A stretch of DNA of 64,000 nucleotides, from positions 5,580,001-5,644,000 of the forward strand of contig JBHGNT010000007.1 of assembly GCA_043228905.1 (NCBI GenBank). The letters run 5' to 3'. Positions 1 through 11,310 of the stretch are shown piece by piece; the first letter of the stretch is position 1, and every line of letters starts with the position of its first letter. Below the pieces are notes generated by a model that was not told where the DNA came from, searched no databases, and saw nothing but the letters and a program-made list of their open reading frames with translations. This stretch comes from Azolla caroliniana. Its lineage: Eukaryota; Plantae; Polypodiophyta. A program made the position numbers and the translations under genes.

Positions 1-1209
1 ACCTCTCCAAACGATCCTTTGCGCAAGGATTTGTGGACACCTCTGGGGTTTCAAGTACACACTACTGGGGGTGACATCTCGTATAAGCATAAAATGGCGT
101 AACTTTCGTGGATGCATGGATAGAGTTGTTATAGGCAAATTCGGCAAAGTGGAGAATATCTGCCTAGTCATCCTGATGATAGCTGAGAAAGCACCGTAGA
201 TACTGCTCCAGCGTTTGATTGGTTCGTTCGGCTTGGCCGTCAGTTTGTGGGTGGTAGCCGGAGGAGAGGTTACAAGTGACCTTGAGCATGTTAAAAAGGT
301 GCTTCCAGAATTTTGACACGAACTGGGGTCCACGGTCGCTGATGATACTATCGGGAAGTCCATGATGCCGACATACTTCACGCATGACAATTTCGGCAGT
401 GTCTTCACTGGAGATCTCCTTAGTACATGGCAAGAAATGAGCCATCTTCGTATATCGATCGACCAACGTTAGAATCGCATTGAACCCCTTAGAGACTGGA
501 AGATCTGTGATGAAGTCTAGAGCAATGGATTGCCACGGCTTGCTTGGAATTGGTAATGGTTCTAATAAACCATATGGATGATGCCTTGGCATTTTCGCTA
601 TGCAGCATGTATCACAAGTCCGAACAAAATCCTCGACAAATTGTCGCATACAGGGCCACCAGAATGATCATTGTACTAAATGTAGTGTTTTAGTACTACC
701 AAAATGCCCAGCTGTATATATGTCATGACAGTTTTGTACTACTTGAAGGCGGCAAGAACCATTAGGAACATACAAAAGTTCTTTAAATAAGAGTAATCCA
801 TCATGGTATTTGAATTGCCGATAGTCCGTACCTGGTGGTTGCAACTGTGAACACGACGCTCGAGAGGGATCAATTTGTGCTAGTATAGCTTGGGCGAACG
901 CATCTGTCTTCAAGTCTTCGCGTATGGTATCGATAACGCAGGAATCCATGGGCATGTCAAAGATCTTTGTTGCTTGTAGTCGTGCCGGTCCCAAGATGAC
1001 TTGTTTTTGGTTATCGAAAGCTGGCTCGCCGGGACGGGGTGCTAGGTACGAACGTCGTGATAATGCATTGGCCTTCCCTTGGTGCTTCCCCGGACGATAT
1101 GTGATTTTGAAGTCGAAACGCGCGAGGAAGTGGGCCCACCGAGCTTGACGTCGATTCAACACACGAGCATCCTGAAAGTAGGCAAGGTTCTTGTGGTCAC
1201 TAAATACGG
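1..1209 (-). pseudogene. pol: Element A pol fragment (RNase H end, integrase HHCC and core)
   Basis: ORFs 164-649 and 668-1231 nearly match pol of element C (CDTCC, IISDRGPQF, HPQTDGQAER); premature stops. Confidence 0.92.
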
Positions 1210-1981
1210 TGTCGTAGTGTATTTTGTACACTACGTGAAAAACTTATAAAGTACCAATTTAATAAATATGAATAAATAGTAGAAAATATTAAAATTTATA
1301 TAACATACATAGGGCAAGATTCGAACCTTGCACCTCCATGTTACACTAGCATTACACTAGCATTTCATTCATATCAAAAAACATAGATGTCCCACGTAGA
1401 AAGGTAAGTTCACGTAGGATAAACTTTAGTTAAAAGAAAAACGCATGCTAAAAGAAAAAGTTACGCATGCACATCTAGCGTGCATGAACACTATAGTTGA
1501 TAAAAAACGCACAAGTTAGAAAAAGCATGATCACTTTAGATAAAGCATATAGTCTATCTATAGGAAAAGCATGGAGTCTATAGTTAGAGAAAAAAAGAAG
1601 AAGCATGGATTCCTAAGACTCCCTCATCACTACATAAGGATGGGGAGCACAATGTAATAGGTGTGTGAAATATTTGGAAATTGGATATATTTCCGAAAAC
1701 ACCAACCGATTAATATAATTGTGGGATTCACGAAAATAATATAATCTATACTTGTGGGATTCACAAGTTTCGTATATCTTTCTTTCAATCTAAATACATA
1801 TTCTTATCTAAATATTGATTAATTGAATACAATACACTTGTGGGATTCACGAAATTTCTATCTCTCTTTCTAATAATCCATTCATTACTAGCCTCATCTC
1901 ATATTCTTCTTTCTCCTAGTCCAAAACCTCAGTGGTTCCCACCCGACTCACACAAACGATCCGGAGCCGAACGGCACAACA
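1210..1981 (+). repeat. B LTR1
   Basis: TG...CA, followed by PBS; 3' part matches LTR2/LTR3; three GTGGGATTCAC motifs. Confidence 0.9.
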
Positions 1982-1985
1982 CATT

Positions 1986-2003
1986 TGGTGAACCCGACGT
2001 GAA
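1986..2003 (+). other. Primer-binding site complementary to tRNA-Trp 3' end
   Basis: TGGTGAACCCGACGTGAA is the reverse complement of the plant tRNA-Trp(CCA) 3' end; same 18-mer at 4922, 13435, 18457, 20447 and 58057. Confidence 0.85.
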
Positions 2004-2019
2004 GACGGGTGGCAAGGGG

Positions 2020-4130
2020 ATGGAGAATCAACAAGAGGCGATGAACATGATGATGATGATGGTTGAGCAGATGCAACAAGAACAACGCGCGATGACGGAG
2101 ATGAAGGCGGCAGTAGAGCGGCTTGTGCGACGAAATGGGGAATTCAACGGAAATGATGTGTCACGCTATCTACGTGACTACAAAGGGGAGATGATGCGAT
2201 GTGGGATACCGGAAGGATTGCAAGTGATATCCTTCAGTCGGGTAGCCACGGATGAGTTACAAGAAAGAATCTACAAGATACGGCAACAAAATCCAACATG
2301 GGGGTCCTTTGAAGAAGCTTTACGAGAGGCATATGACTACGAGAGATCGAAGGGACGAGATCGACGCAAGTTTGACGAATGGGTGGCATCGGAGAAGACC
2401 CACCGAAGTGCAACACAAGCATTCCTAGAGTTCGAGCATCGTCTTGCTTGACTCTCGGAGCGGGAACAACGATTGGTGGGGGAGGATAAAGTCCTAATGT
2501 TCGTAAAATCGATCGATCGAAAAGAAAGGATGGACATCGGGATCGAACTCGAAATGATGACGGTACGAATGGTCTTACCGAAGATTGGGCCGAAGTCCAA
2601 AGGGTATGCCGGAGACATGATGAGAGGAAGATGAGAATCTTGTCAACGACATGGCCGATGAAGGATGGTCGATTGAAGACAAACGATGGACCCGATATGA
2701 AGGCCGAAATACAACATGACGGTGCGACGGAAGAGGGTGTAAAACAAGCTACCCTCTTGTCTTGCGAAAGAACAACGACAAAGGATAAGGCCGATAACCC
2801 AAGTGTAGAAGAAGATTTCAGAATACAAGTGTCCGAAACATCGGGTGAAAAAGGGGTAAGCATAATTGATGCAGTGAAAGAGAGCAAGGAGGACTTGATT
2901 GAGGAGGTCGCCACGAAAGATGACATCAAATCGAAGGTGGCCATGGACGAATCAATGGCGGATGGCCATATCGAGACTTCCCCACCACTGATTCCAGAGA
3001 CTCCGGCGGTTGCGTTCGAAAGGCAACGTGAGACCGAAGAGACGGAAGGTGGTGGAGAGAAAACAAAGGTCGAAGCCGATTCATATGACGGAGAGATAAC
3101 CGAAAAGGTCAATATGCGTGAAATGACGGAGAATGATAATACCGAAGATTCCTGCCCACTAATCCTAGAGACTTCGGCGGTTGTGTCTGAGAAGCAACGT
3201 GAGACCAGAGAGACGGGAGGTGGCGGCAAGAAAGGTAAAATCGGAAGCCAGTTCTGATGGAAGATGATCCGGAATGAATTCCGATCCGAAAGAAAGCTGA
3301 CTCGGAAAGGGGTCGACTCGATCAAAACGGATCAATTGAGTCCGATTTGGCCGAACGCGAATACGGATGGAAGACGACCTAGCCGAAAGTTGATCGGACG
3401 AGACCAATCCGGAAAGAAGCTAATCCGACTTAGTCGGAGGTTGAACCGGTCGAGGCCAATAAAAACGAGGAAAAGAAAGTCAATCGAAACCGAAACCGAT
3501 AGATCGAAACCGACCTGGAAGGGGGCCGAATCGGTAAAAACCGATCAACCGAGTCCGATTCGGCCGAATACGAATCCAATCAGGAGCCGATCCAACCGAA
3601 AGCCGATCGGACGAGACCGATCTGGAAAAAAGTCAAGGTTGATGAAGAGGCCAGGAAAAGACACTACCACGGATTACAAGGGCCAAGCGGATTTGAAGGG
3701 TATTATTAACGATGAGATCTCAACAAAGAAGAAAGGCTCTAACGGGAAGAACGTAAACACTAATGTGAGATTCTATGACGAGAGAGAACAAAGAATATCG
3801 TGGATCGGATGGTGACAATGGTTCGGGTGGAAAGATTGGATGTGCTCAAAATGGAGAGACAAAGCTGACATAGCAAGAGAAACGGAGGGTACTACAAGTA
3901 AAGAAGAATTACGAGGGCTGGTAATTGGAGACTGGATAGAGCCTGCAACCGAACAAAATTGGAAACCGGGCGGAGTCGACAACCAAAAACCGGAGACCGA
4001 ATGGGGCCGGCAACCAAAAATGATCGGCGACGAAACCAACCATGCGGAGAATGGACGGACGAAACTAACAATCACCGACAACTTCGGCACATACCGGAGG
4101 ATGTGCGGGTTCGGAGGGGCTCGTTTGTAG
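2020..4130 (+). pseudogene. gag: B unit 1 gag-like ORF with acidic then basic low-complexity tail (stops and frameshifts)
   Basis: EFNGNDVSRYL...WGSFEEAL...KVLMFVKSID aligns by eye with Gag of E; interrupted at 2451, ~2555, 3257 and 3815. Confidence 0.75.
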
Positions 4131-4917
4131 TGTATTTCGTACACTACGTGAAAAAGTAAAAATAATTTAACCGATTTAATTACATATAAATAAATAAAAT
4201 AAGAATATCAAAATATTTATCACATGCATAGGGCAGGATTCGAAGCCTATACCTCCACATAGCCAAACCTCAACTTTACCATTATGCTACCTTATCTTTA
4301 GTATTTTATAAATAGATTTAATAACTATAAGTTCTTTATTTGCGCCTACCTTTATTAAAAGGTAAATCATGTATTTTTAGAGTGCGTGAATATTTTATAG
4401 AAAAACGCAAGCAACTAAAAAGTGACTCATGCACATCTAGCGTGCATGAGCACTATATTTAGCAAATAAAAGCAAGGATTAGAAAAGCATCACATGCACA
4501 TTTAGTGTGCATGAACATATTAGAAAAAAAAAAAAAACATGTAGCTATGCTTAGTCTCTCCCATCACTACATAAGGATGGGGAGCACAATGTAATAGGTG
4601 TGTGAAATATTTGGAAATTGGATATATTTCCGAAAACACCAACCGATTAATATAATCGTGGGATTCACGAAAATAATATAATCTATACTTGTGGGATTCA
4701 CAAGTTTCTTATATCTTTCTTTCAATCTAAATACATATTCTTATCTAAATATTGATTAATTGAATACAATACACTCGTGGGATTCACAAAATTTCTATCT
4801 CTCTTTCTAATAATCTATTCATTACTAGCCTCATCTCATATTCTTCTTTCTCCTAGTCCAAAACCTCAGTGGTTCCCACCCGACTCACGCAACGATCCGG
4901 AGCCGAAAGGCACGACA
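4124..4917 (+). repeat. B LTR2 (internal, degenerate 5' terminus)
   Basis: Near-identical to LTR3; ends CACGACA then PBS; start reads TTTGTAG instead of TGTCGTAG. Confidence 0.88.
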
Positions 4918-5553
4918 CAGTTGGTGAACCCGACGTGAAGACGGGTGGCAAGGAGATGGAGAATCAACAAGAGGCGATGAACATGATGATGATGATGGTT
5001 GAGCGGATGCAACAAGAACAACGCGCGATGACGGAGATGAAGGCGGCAGTAGAGCGGCTTGTGCGACGAAATGGGGAATTCAACGGAAATGATGTGTCAC
5101 GCTATCTACGTGACTACAAAGGGGAGATGATGCGATGTGGGATACCGGAAGGATTGCAAGTGATATCCTTCAGTCGGGTAGCCACGGATGAGTTACAAGA
5201 AAGAATCTACAAGATACGGCAACAAAATCCAACATGGGGGTCCTTTGAAGAAGCTTTACGAGAGGCATATGACTACGAGAGATCGAAGGGACGAGATCGA
5301 TGCGAGTTTGATGAATGGGTGGCATCGGAGAAGACCCACCGAAGTGCAACACAAGCATTCCTAGAGTTCGAGCATCGTCTTGCTTGACTCTCGGAGCGGG
5401 AACAACGATTGGTGGGAGAGGATAAAGTCCTAATGTTCGTAAAATCGATCGATCGAAAAGAAAGGATGGACATCGGGATCGAACTCGAAGACGATGAAGG
5501 TACGAATGGTCTTACCGAAGATTGGGCCGAAGTCCAAAGGGTATGCCGGAGAC

Positions 5554-5686
5554 TGTCAGGAACTCTATTAAGGCAGAGAAGGAATTGGTACTAAAAGAAG
5601 GATTAGTACTATTGTTGGGGAATAGTACTAAGACAGAGAAGGATTAGTACTATGAGAGGTATCGAACTTTGAGAGAAGGAATGAGT

Positions 5687-5728
<42 letters not shown>

Positions 5729-6018
5729 TGATGCGAAAGATATATGTATTATATGACGGAAGATATACAACAGTAGTTAGAAGGCTTAAGACTGGCGTTG
5801 AACCGATTTGGTTCGAACTAATGCCTTGCGCCTCCTTTTATAGTGTCTTCAGGAATACTCCTGAAGTTTCTAGAATGTTCCAGAGAAATCTGGAATATAC
5901 ATCAATTTCCCAATAAAACCTAAATGAAAATAATATCCTTCAAATTACAATTCATATCCTAATGGTAAAGTCTCGACCCGTGTAACAAAAGGTTATGGGT
6001 TCGAGTCTAGTTATGACA
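5554..6018 (-). repeat. C 3' LTR
   Basis: TGTCA...TGACA; copy of 10852-11310. Confidence 0.96.
5847..5896 (-). promoter_or_regulatory. Heat-shock-element array upstream of the LTR TATA box
   Basis: Ten trimers in exact 5-bp phase TTC-GAA-cTC-GAA-TTC-GAA-TTC-GAg-aTC-GAA; TATAAAA on minus strand at ~5836-5842. Confidence 0.75.
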
Positions 6019-9000
6019 CTATCCCCCCTTTAAAACGACGAGTTTCACGAGTCGTTTTGGATTGAGGACCCGGTTTCTCGGGATATCGTCGATGGAAGTC
6101 TTCTAGAAGAGCACGAGCATTGGTCACATTCTCGATCGGTTCCCAAGTACGCTCGCTGGGACTATATCCTAGCCAATCGACTAGATAGTAGAGCTTGTTG
6201 CGAACAATCTTGGAATCGAGGATGGCAGCGACCTCATACTCAGGTCCATCTTCGAGCTCGATAGGAGGTGGAGGTTGTATAGTACGTCCTGGGATAGTGC
6301 TCTCGTGATAGGGTTCGAGGAGAGAACTATGAAACACCGGATGTATCCGAAGTTGCGGAGGTAGCTCGAGACGAAAAGCGACATCATTAATCTTCCCGAT
6401 AATACGGAAAGGACCTAATCGCCGATAATCCAACTTCTCACATGGGCGAGTAGTCTTGATGTGTCGTCGTAGCAGCCACACCCGATCTCCAATGTTAAAA
6501 CTGGATGGAAGTCGATGACGATCTGCGTAGTCCTTGTGTGATTGTTGAGCTTGCTGGAGTTGAGTAGATAAATCCGCTTGTATCTTGCGTAACCGCTCCA
6601 AACGATCCTCCGCGCAAGGATTTGTGGACACTTCTGGGGTTTCAAGGACACACCACCGGGGATGATATCCCGTATAAGCGTAGAATGGCGTGACTTTAGT
6701 TGATGCGTGGATAGCGTTATTATAGGCAAATTCGGCGAACTGAAGAATATCTGCCCAGTCATTCTGATGATAGTTGAGAAAGCACCGCAGATACTGCTCC
6801 AGTGTTTGATTTGTTCGTTCGGCTTGACCGTCGGTTTGTGGGTGGTAGCCGGAGGAGAGGTTACAAGTGACCTTCAGCATTTTAAAAAGGTGCTTCCAGA
6901 ATTTTGACACAAACTGGGGTCCACGATCGCTGATGATATTATCAGGGAGTCCATGATGCCGACATACTTCCCGCATGACAATTTCGGCGGTGTCTTCACT
7001 AGATATTTCTTTAGTACATGGTAAGAAATGAGCCATCTTCGTATATCGATCCACCACTGTGAGAATCGCACTGAATCCCTTAGAGACTGGAAGATCTGTA
7101 ATGAAGTCAAGAGCAATGGATTGCCATGGCTTGCTTGGAATTGGTAATGGTTCTAATAAACCATATGGATGATGTCTTGGCATTTTCGCTCTGCAGCATG
7201 TATCGCAAGTCCGAACAAAATCTTCGACAAATTGTCGCATACGGGGCCACCAGAATGATCGTTGTACTAAATCTAATGTTTTAGTACTACCAAAATGTCC
7301 TGCTGTATATGTGTCATGGCAGTTTTGTACTACTCGAAGGCGGCAAGAACCATTAGGAACATACAAAAGTTCTTTAAAGAAGAGTAATCCATCACAGTAT
7401 TTGAATTGCCGATAATCCGTACCTGGTGATTGTGATTGTGAACATGACGCTCGAGAGGGGTCAATTTGTGCTAGTATAGCTTGGGCGAAAGCGTCAGTCT
7501 TCAAGTCCTCACGTATAGTATTGGTAATGTCGGAATCCACGGGCATGTCAAAGACCTGTGCTGCTTGCAGTCGTGCTGGACCCAAGATTACTTGCTTCTG
7601 GTTATCGAAAGCTGGCTCACCGGGACGTGGTGTTAGATACGAACGCCGTGATAATGCATCTGCCTTCCCTTGGTGTTTCCCCGGACGATATGTAATTTTG
7701 AAGTCGAAGCGTGTGAGGAAGTGGGCCCACCGAGCTTGACGTCGATTCAGTACACGAGCATCTTGAAAGTGGGCAAGGTTCTTGTGGTCACTGAATACAG
7801 TGACCTGATGAGGAGATCCCTCCAGGAAATGCCTCCATTGCATAAAAGAATCAACTATTGCTAATAGCTCTTTATCATGAATTTCGTAGTTGATTTCGGC
7901 GGCGTCAAACTTACGGGAGTGGAAAGCCACAGGATGTAGCTTCTCGTCGTTACCCTGTTGTGACAGAATGCTCCCCAATGCGAAATCCGATGCGTCAGCT
8001 TCGATAATGAATGGTTTTTCCGGATCCACATGACCTAAAATTGGAGCTGATGTAAACGCCTTCTTAAGACTCTCGAAAGCCATGTCCGTCTCTTTAGACC
8101 AAATGAATGATTGTCCCTTTCTGGTGAGCTGTGTGAGAGGCAGCACAATTTTTGAGTAATTTTGTATGAACTTCCGGTAGAAATTTGCAAAGCCTAGGAA
8201 GCATTGCACATCCCGCACCGAACGCGGAGTGTGCCATTCTATCACCGTTTTGACCTTGGCTGGGTCCATAGATATGCCTTCTGAGGAGATGACATAGCCG
8301 AGAAACTCCACTTGGTTGCACCCGAAACTACATTTCTCTAACTTTGCATACAGACCATGTTCTCGAAGTCGTTTTAGTACTAATAGTACATGAGAATCAT
8401 GTTCTTCTTGGGTCTTTGAATAAACCAGTAGATCATCCAAATAGATGATCAAAAAATCATCCAAGAGATCTCGAAATATATCATTCGCCATGTGCTGGAA
8501 GACTGCCGGCGCATTAGTAAGTCCAAACGGCATGACCGTATACTCGAAGTGCCCATATCTGGTGCGAAACGCGGTCTTCCATTCATCTCCTGGTCGGATC
8601 CGTACGAGGTTATAGGCTCCTCGTAAGTCGATCTTCGTGAAGAACCTGGCACCGTTGATCCGTTCTAAAAGACTTGAGATAAGGGGAAGAGCATACCTAT
8701 TTCTTACTGTGACCTTATTCAAGCCACGGTAATCTACAACGAGTCGAAGCGAGCCATCTTTTTTCTTGACGAAGAAAATGGGTGCGCCGGCTGGAGATTT
8801 CGAATGCCGAATGAAACCGTTCTCCAAATTCTCCTCTATATAGGCTCGAAGGACTTCTAGCTCGGTTGGTGACAAATTGTAGATCGGCCCCCATGGCGGC
8901 TCTTTTCCCGGTTGTAAGTCGATGGCGCAGTCGTACGGCCGATGATGAGGAAGTGTGTTGGCTTGTACTTTATCGAACACATCAGCATACTGACGATACT

Positions 9001-9568
9001 TCTCGGGAAGTTGAACGGTGGACTCCTCTTTGGTGGTGCTGGAGGGTTGTACTGATATTGCAAAGAGAAACATTTCCTCCTTGCGCCCTTCCTCACGCAA
9101 CTGACGTAGCGAAATGGTTGCAACCTTCTGGGTAGATCCTTGGGTTTGTCGCAACCGGATTTCCCTTGTCCTCCAATCTATGTCTGGGTCATGTAACTCG
9201 AACCATGGTAATCCTAAAACTATGGGATGTTCTGGAATACTAATAATATTAAATGATACTACACATGTTAAGTTATTTAGGACAATATTAACGGGTTCCG
9301 ACTCTTCTATGATATTACCAGAAGCAATGGGACGACCATCAATGACTACTACTGAGGCTGGACATGGGAGCTTTCTGAGAGATATCTGATGAGCTCGGGC
9401 AAAATTCCTATCCATGAAGCAAGAATTAGCTCCGGAATCTAGAAGGGCTAAGGTATGTACTGGAGGGGTACTTTTAGTACTAACTGCTACTTGGGCTACG
9501 AACACATCACTAACTTGCTTAGAGGGAATGGAACCACTAATGGGCTGCACAGATCTAGGGCTGTCCAA
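6011..9568 (-). CDS. pol: Pol polyprotein PR-RT-RH-INT-chromodomain
   Basis: 1185 aa; LLDSGA, YLDD, EADASD, integrase core, GPF and chromodomain EYEVAAILD...YLVDWLGY...TWEP; stop lies inside the 3' LTR. Confidence 0.97.
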   Translation of the reverse strand: MDSPRSVQPISGSIPSKQVSDVFVAQVAVSTKSTPPVHTLALLDSGANSCFMDRNFARAHQISLRKLPCPASVVVIDGRPIASGNIIEESEPVNIVLNNLTCVVSFNIISIPEHPIVLGLPWFELHDPDIDWRTREIRLRQTQGSTQKVATISLRQLREEGRKEEMFLFAISVQPSSTTKEESTVQLPEKYRQYADVFDKVQANTLPHHRPYDCAIDLQPGKEPPWGPIYNLSPTELEVLRAYIEENLENGFIRHSKSPAGAPIFFVKKKDGSLRLVVDYRGLNKVTVRNRYALPLISSLLERINGARFFTKIDLRGAYNLVRIRPGDEWKTAFRTRYGHFEYTVMPFGLTNAPAVFQHMANDIFRDLLDDFLIIYLDDLLVYSKTQEEHDSHVLLVLKRLREHGLYAKLEKCSFGCNQVEFLGYVISSEGISMDPAKVKTVIEWHTPRSVRDVQCFLGFANFYRKFIQNYSKIVLPLTQLTRKGQSFIWSKETDMAFESLKKAFTSAPILGHVDPEKPFIIEADASDFALGSILSQQGNDEKLHPVAFHSRKFDAAEINYEIHDKELLAIVDSFMQWRHFLEGSPHQVTVFSDHKNLAHFQDARVLNRRQARWAHFLTRFDFKITYRPGKHQGKADALSRRSYLTPRPGEPAFDNQKQVILGPARLQAAQVFDMPVDSDITNTIREDLKTDAFAQAILAQIDPSRASCSQSQSPGTDYRQFKYCDGLLFFKELLYVPNGSCRLRVVQNCHDTYTAGHFGSTKTLDLVQRSFWWPRMRQFVEDFVRTCDTCCRAKMPRHHPYGLLEPLPIPSKPWQSIALDFITDLPVSKGFSAILTVVDRYTKMAHFLPCTKEISSEDTAEIVMREVCRHHGLPDNIISDRGPQFVSKFWKHLFKMLKVTCNLSSGYHPQTDGQAERTNQTLEQYLRCFLNYHQNDWADILQFAEFAYNNAIHASTKVTPFYAYTGYHPRWCVLETPEVSTNPCAEDRLERLRKIQADLSTQLQQAQQSHKDYADRHRLPSSFNIGDRVWLLRRHIKTTRPCEKLDYRRLGPFRIIGKINDVAFRLELPPQLRIHPVFHSSLLEPYHESTIPGRTIQPPPPIELEDGPEYEVAAILDSKIVRNKLYYLVDWLGYSPSERTWEPIENVTNARALLEDFHRRYPEKPGPQSKTTRETRRFKGGIVS

Positions 9569-9594
9569 CCAAACGGCTCCTATTTTGGCTGGAC

Positions 9595-10764
9595 TTAGTC
9601 GTTTAACTCTTCTTCTAATTGGCTAAGGACATCAAATTTGTTTGCGAGATTCGGACTATTAGTACTATTAGGACTATTATGACTATGAGGATTATCAGAG
9701 ATTCCTACTGAAATAGACTCGGGTTTAGTATAGTCAGAACTAACAATGACTTGGTTTACCTGCCTTCTTGGTCTATGGGGACAGTTTATCGCGATATGCC
9801 CTGGTCCACCGCAATAAAGGCATAATCGGTTTGTTCGGCGTCGTTGCTTTTCCTCCTCCGATAGCGGCCCACGACGACGTGTAGTGTCAATTTCCATTGG
9901 AGTTGGAGTACTTACTGGAGGCGCATTATGTGACTCCCTTTGAAAAGGTTTCGCTACCACTGAGGCATAGGTAGGCTCGGATCTTGCCCTCGGCATCTGA
10001 AATTGTCGTTCCGAACGTCGCTCGAAGAGGCGGTTGTCACATCTGACCGCTCGACTGATTGCTTCTGTTAATGATTTTGGCTCTTCAGGGAAAGTCAAGA
10101 GTAAATCCTTGACATCGTTGCGTAGACCATAGCGGAACTGCTCCATCAATGCTTGATCATCCCAGGGGATATCGGCGGCGAGTAGGCGGAAATCTGCAGC
10201 ATATGCGGAGGCTGGACGGTCACCTTGGCGTAATCGCCGGATTTTGTTGATTGTAGTCCTTATGCTGTCAGTATCTCCAAAACATGCTTTAAACTCACTT
10301 ATGAATTCTTCAAAATTATTTAGTACTGGAGATTCCTTTTCTAGTAGCGGAGCGAACCATGCTAATGCTGAGCCATTTAACAACGTGCCTACTAAACCCA
10401 CTCGTGATGCATCGGTGGGATATCGGGACGGATGCATTTGAATAACTAACCGTACCTGGTTAAGAAACCCTCTAAACTGCGATCGCGTTCCATCGAACTT
10501 CGTGGGAAGGCCAATCTTGGGTTCTTTATGAATCCCTTGTGCTCCGTGCCCTTGTTGTTGCATTGCTACGATGGTTGCTTCGAGTTGTTGCACGCGTAAC
10601 GCAAGTTCCCCATGCTGTTGTTGCGTTTGCTGCTTTTCTAAGGAAATTTGCTGAAGATCCCCCAACAAGCGTTGATTTTCTTGTTCCAAAGCATGAAACT
10701 TCTCTTTCAAGCATTGAAATTCCGAGAAAACGGATTGATACTCTTCAGCGCTAACGGTGGCCAT
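9595..10764 (-). CDS. gag: Gag (coiled coil, capsid, CCHC knuckle)
   Basis: 389 aa; PTKFDG, LRQG, PTPMEID, CLYCGGPGHIAINC. Confidence 0.96.
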   Translation of the reverse strand: MATVSAEEYQSVFSEFQCLKEKFHALEQENQRLLGDLQQISLEKQQTQQQHGELALRVQQLEATIVAMQQQGHGAQGIHKEPKIGLPTKFDGTRSQFRGFLNQVRLVIQMHPSRYPTDASRVGLVGTLLNGSALAWFAPLLEKESPVLNNFEEFISEFKACFGDTDSIRTTINKIRRLRQGDRPASAYAADFRLLAADIPWDDQALMEQFRYGLRNDVKDLLLTFPEEPKSLTEAISRAVRCDNRLFERRSERQFQMPRARSEPTYASVVAKPFQRESHNAPPVSTPTPMEIDTTRRRGPLSEEEKQRRRTNRLCLYCGGPGHIAINCPHRPRRQVNQVIVSSDYTKPESISVGISDNPHSHNSPNSTNSPNLANKFDVLSQLEEELND

Positions 10765-10851
10765 GGGATGAAGGAAAAGGGAAATAAGAGACTAGTAGGA
10801 AAGGAGGGAGACAGAAGGAAGAGGGAGACTAGTAGTCAAATCGGTTCAAAC

Positions 10852-10984
10852 TGTCAGGAACTCTATTAAGGCAGAGAAGGAATTGGTACTAAAAGAAGGA
10901 TTAGTACTATTGTTGGGGAATAGTACTAAGACAGAGAAGGATTAGTACTATGAGAGGTATCGAACTTTGAGAGAAGGAATGAGT

Positions 10985-11020
<36 letters not shown>

Positions 11021-11310
11021 TGATGCGAAAGATATATGTATTATATGACGGAAGATATACAACAGTAGTTAGAAGGCTTAAGACTGGCGTTGAACCGATT
11101 TGGTTCGAACTAATGCCTTGCGCCTCCTTTTATAGTGTCTTCAGGAATACTCCTGAAGTTTCTAGAATGTTCCAGAGAAATCTGGAATATACATCAATTT
11201 CCCAATAAAACCTAAATGAAAATAATATCCTTCAAATTACAATTCATATCCTAATGGTAAAGTCTCGACCCGTGTAACAAAAGGTTATGGGTTCGAGTCT
11301 AGTTATGACA
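10852..11310 (-). repeat. C 5' LTR
   Basis: Copy of 5554-6018, adjacent to the PBS-position sequence 10837-10849. Confidence 0.96.

Larger units (their letters stand above)
5554..11310 (-). mobile_element. Element C: intact young Tcn1-like chromovirus
   Basis: 5-bp TSD GAGAC (5549-5553 / 11311-11315); LTRs appear to differ only in (GA)n length; intact gag and pol; self-priming PBS; PPT at 6019-6034. Confidence 0.97.
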
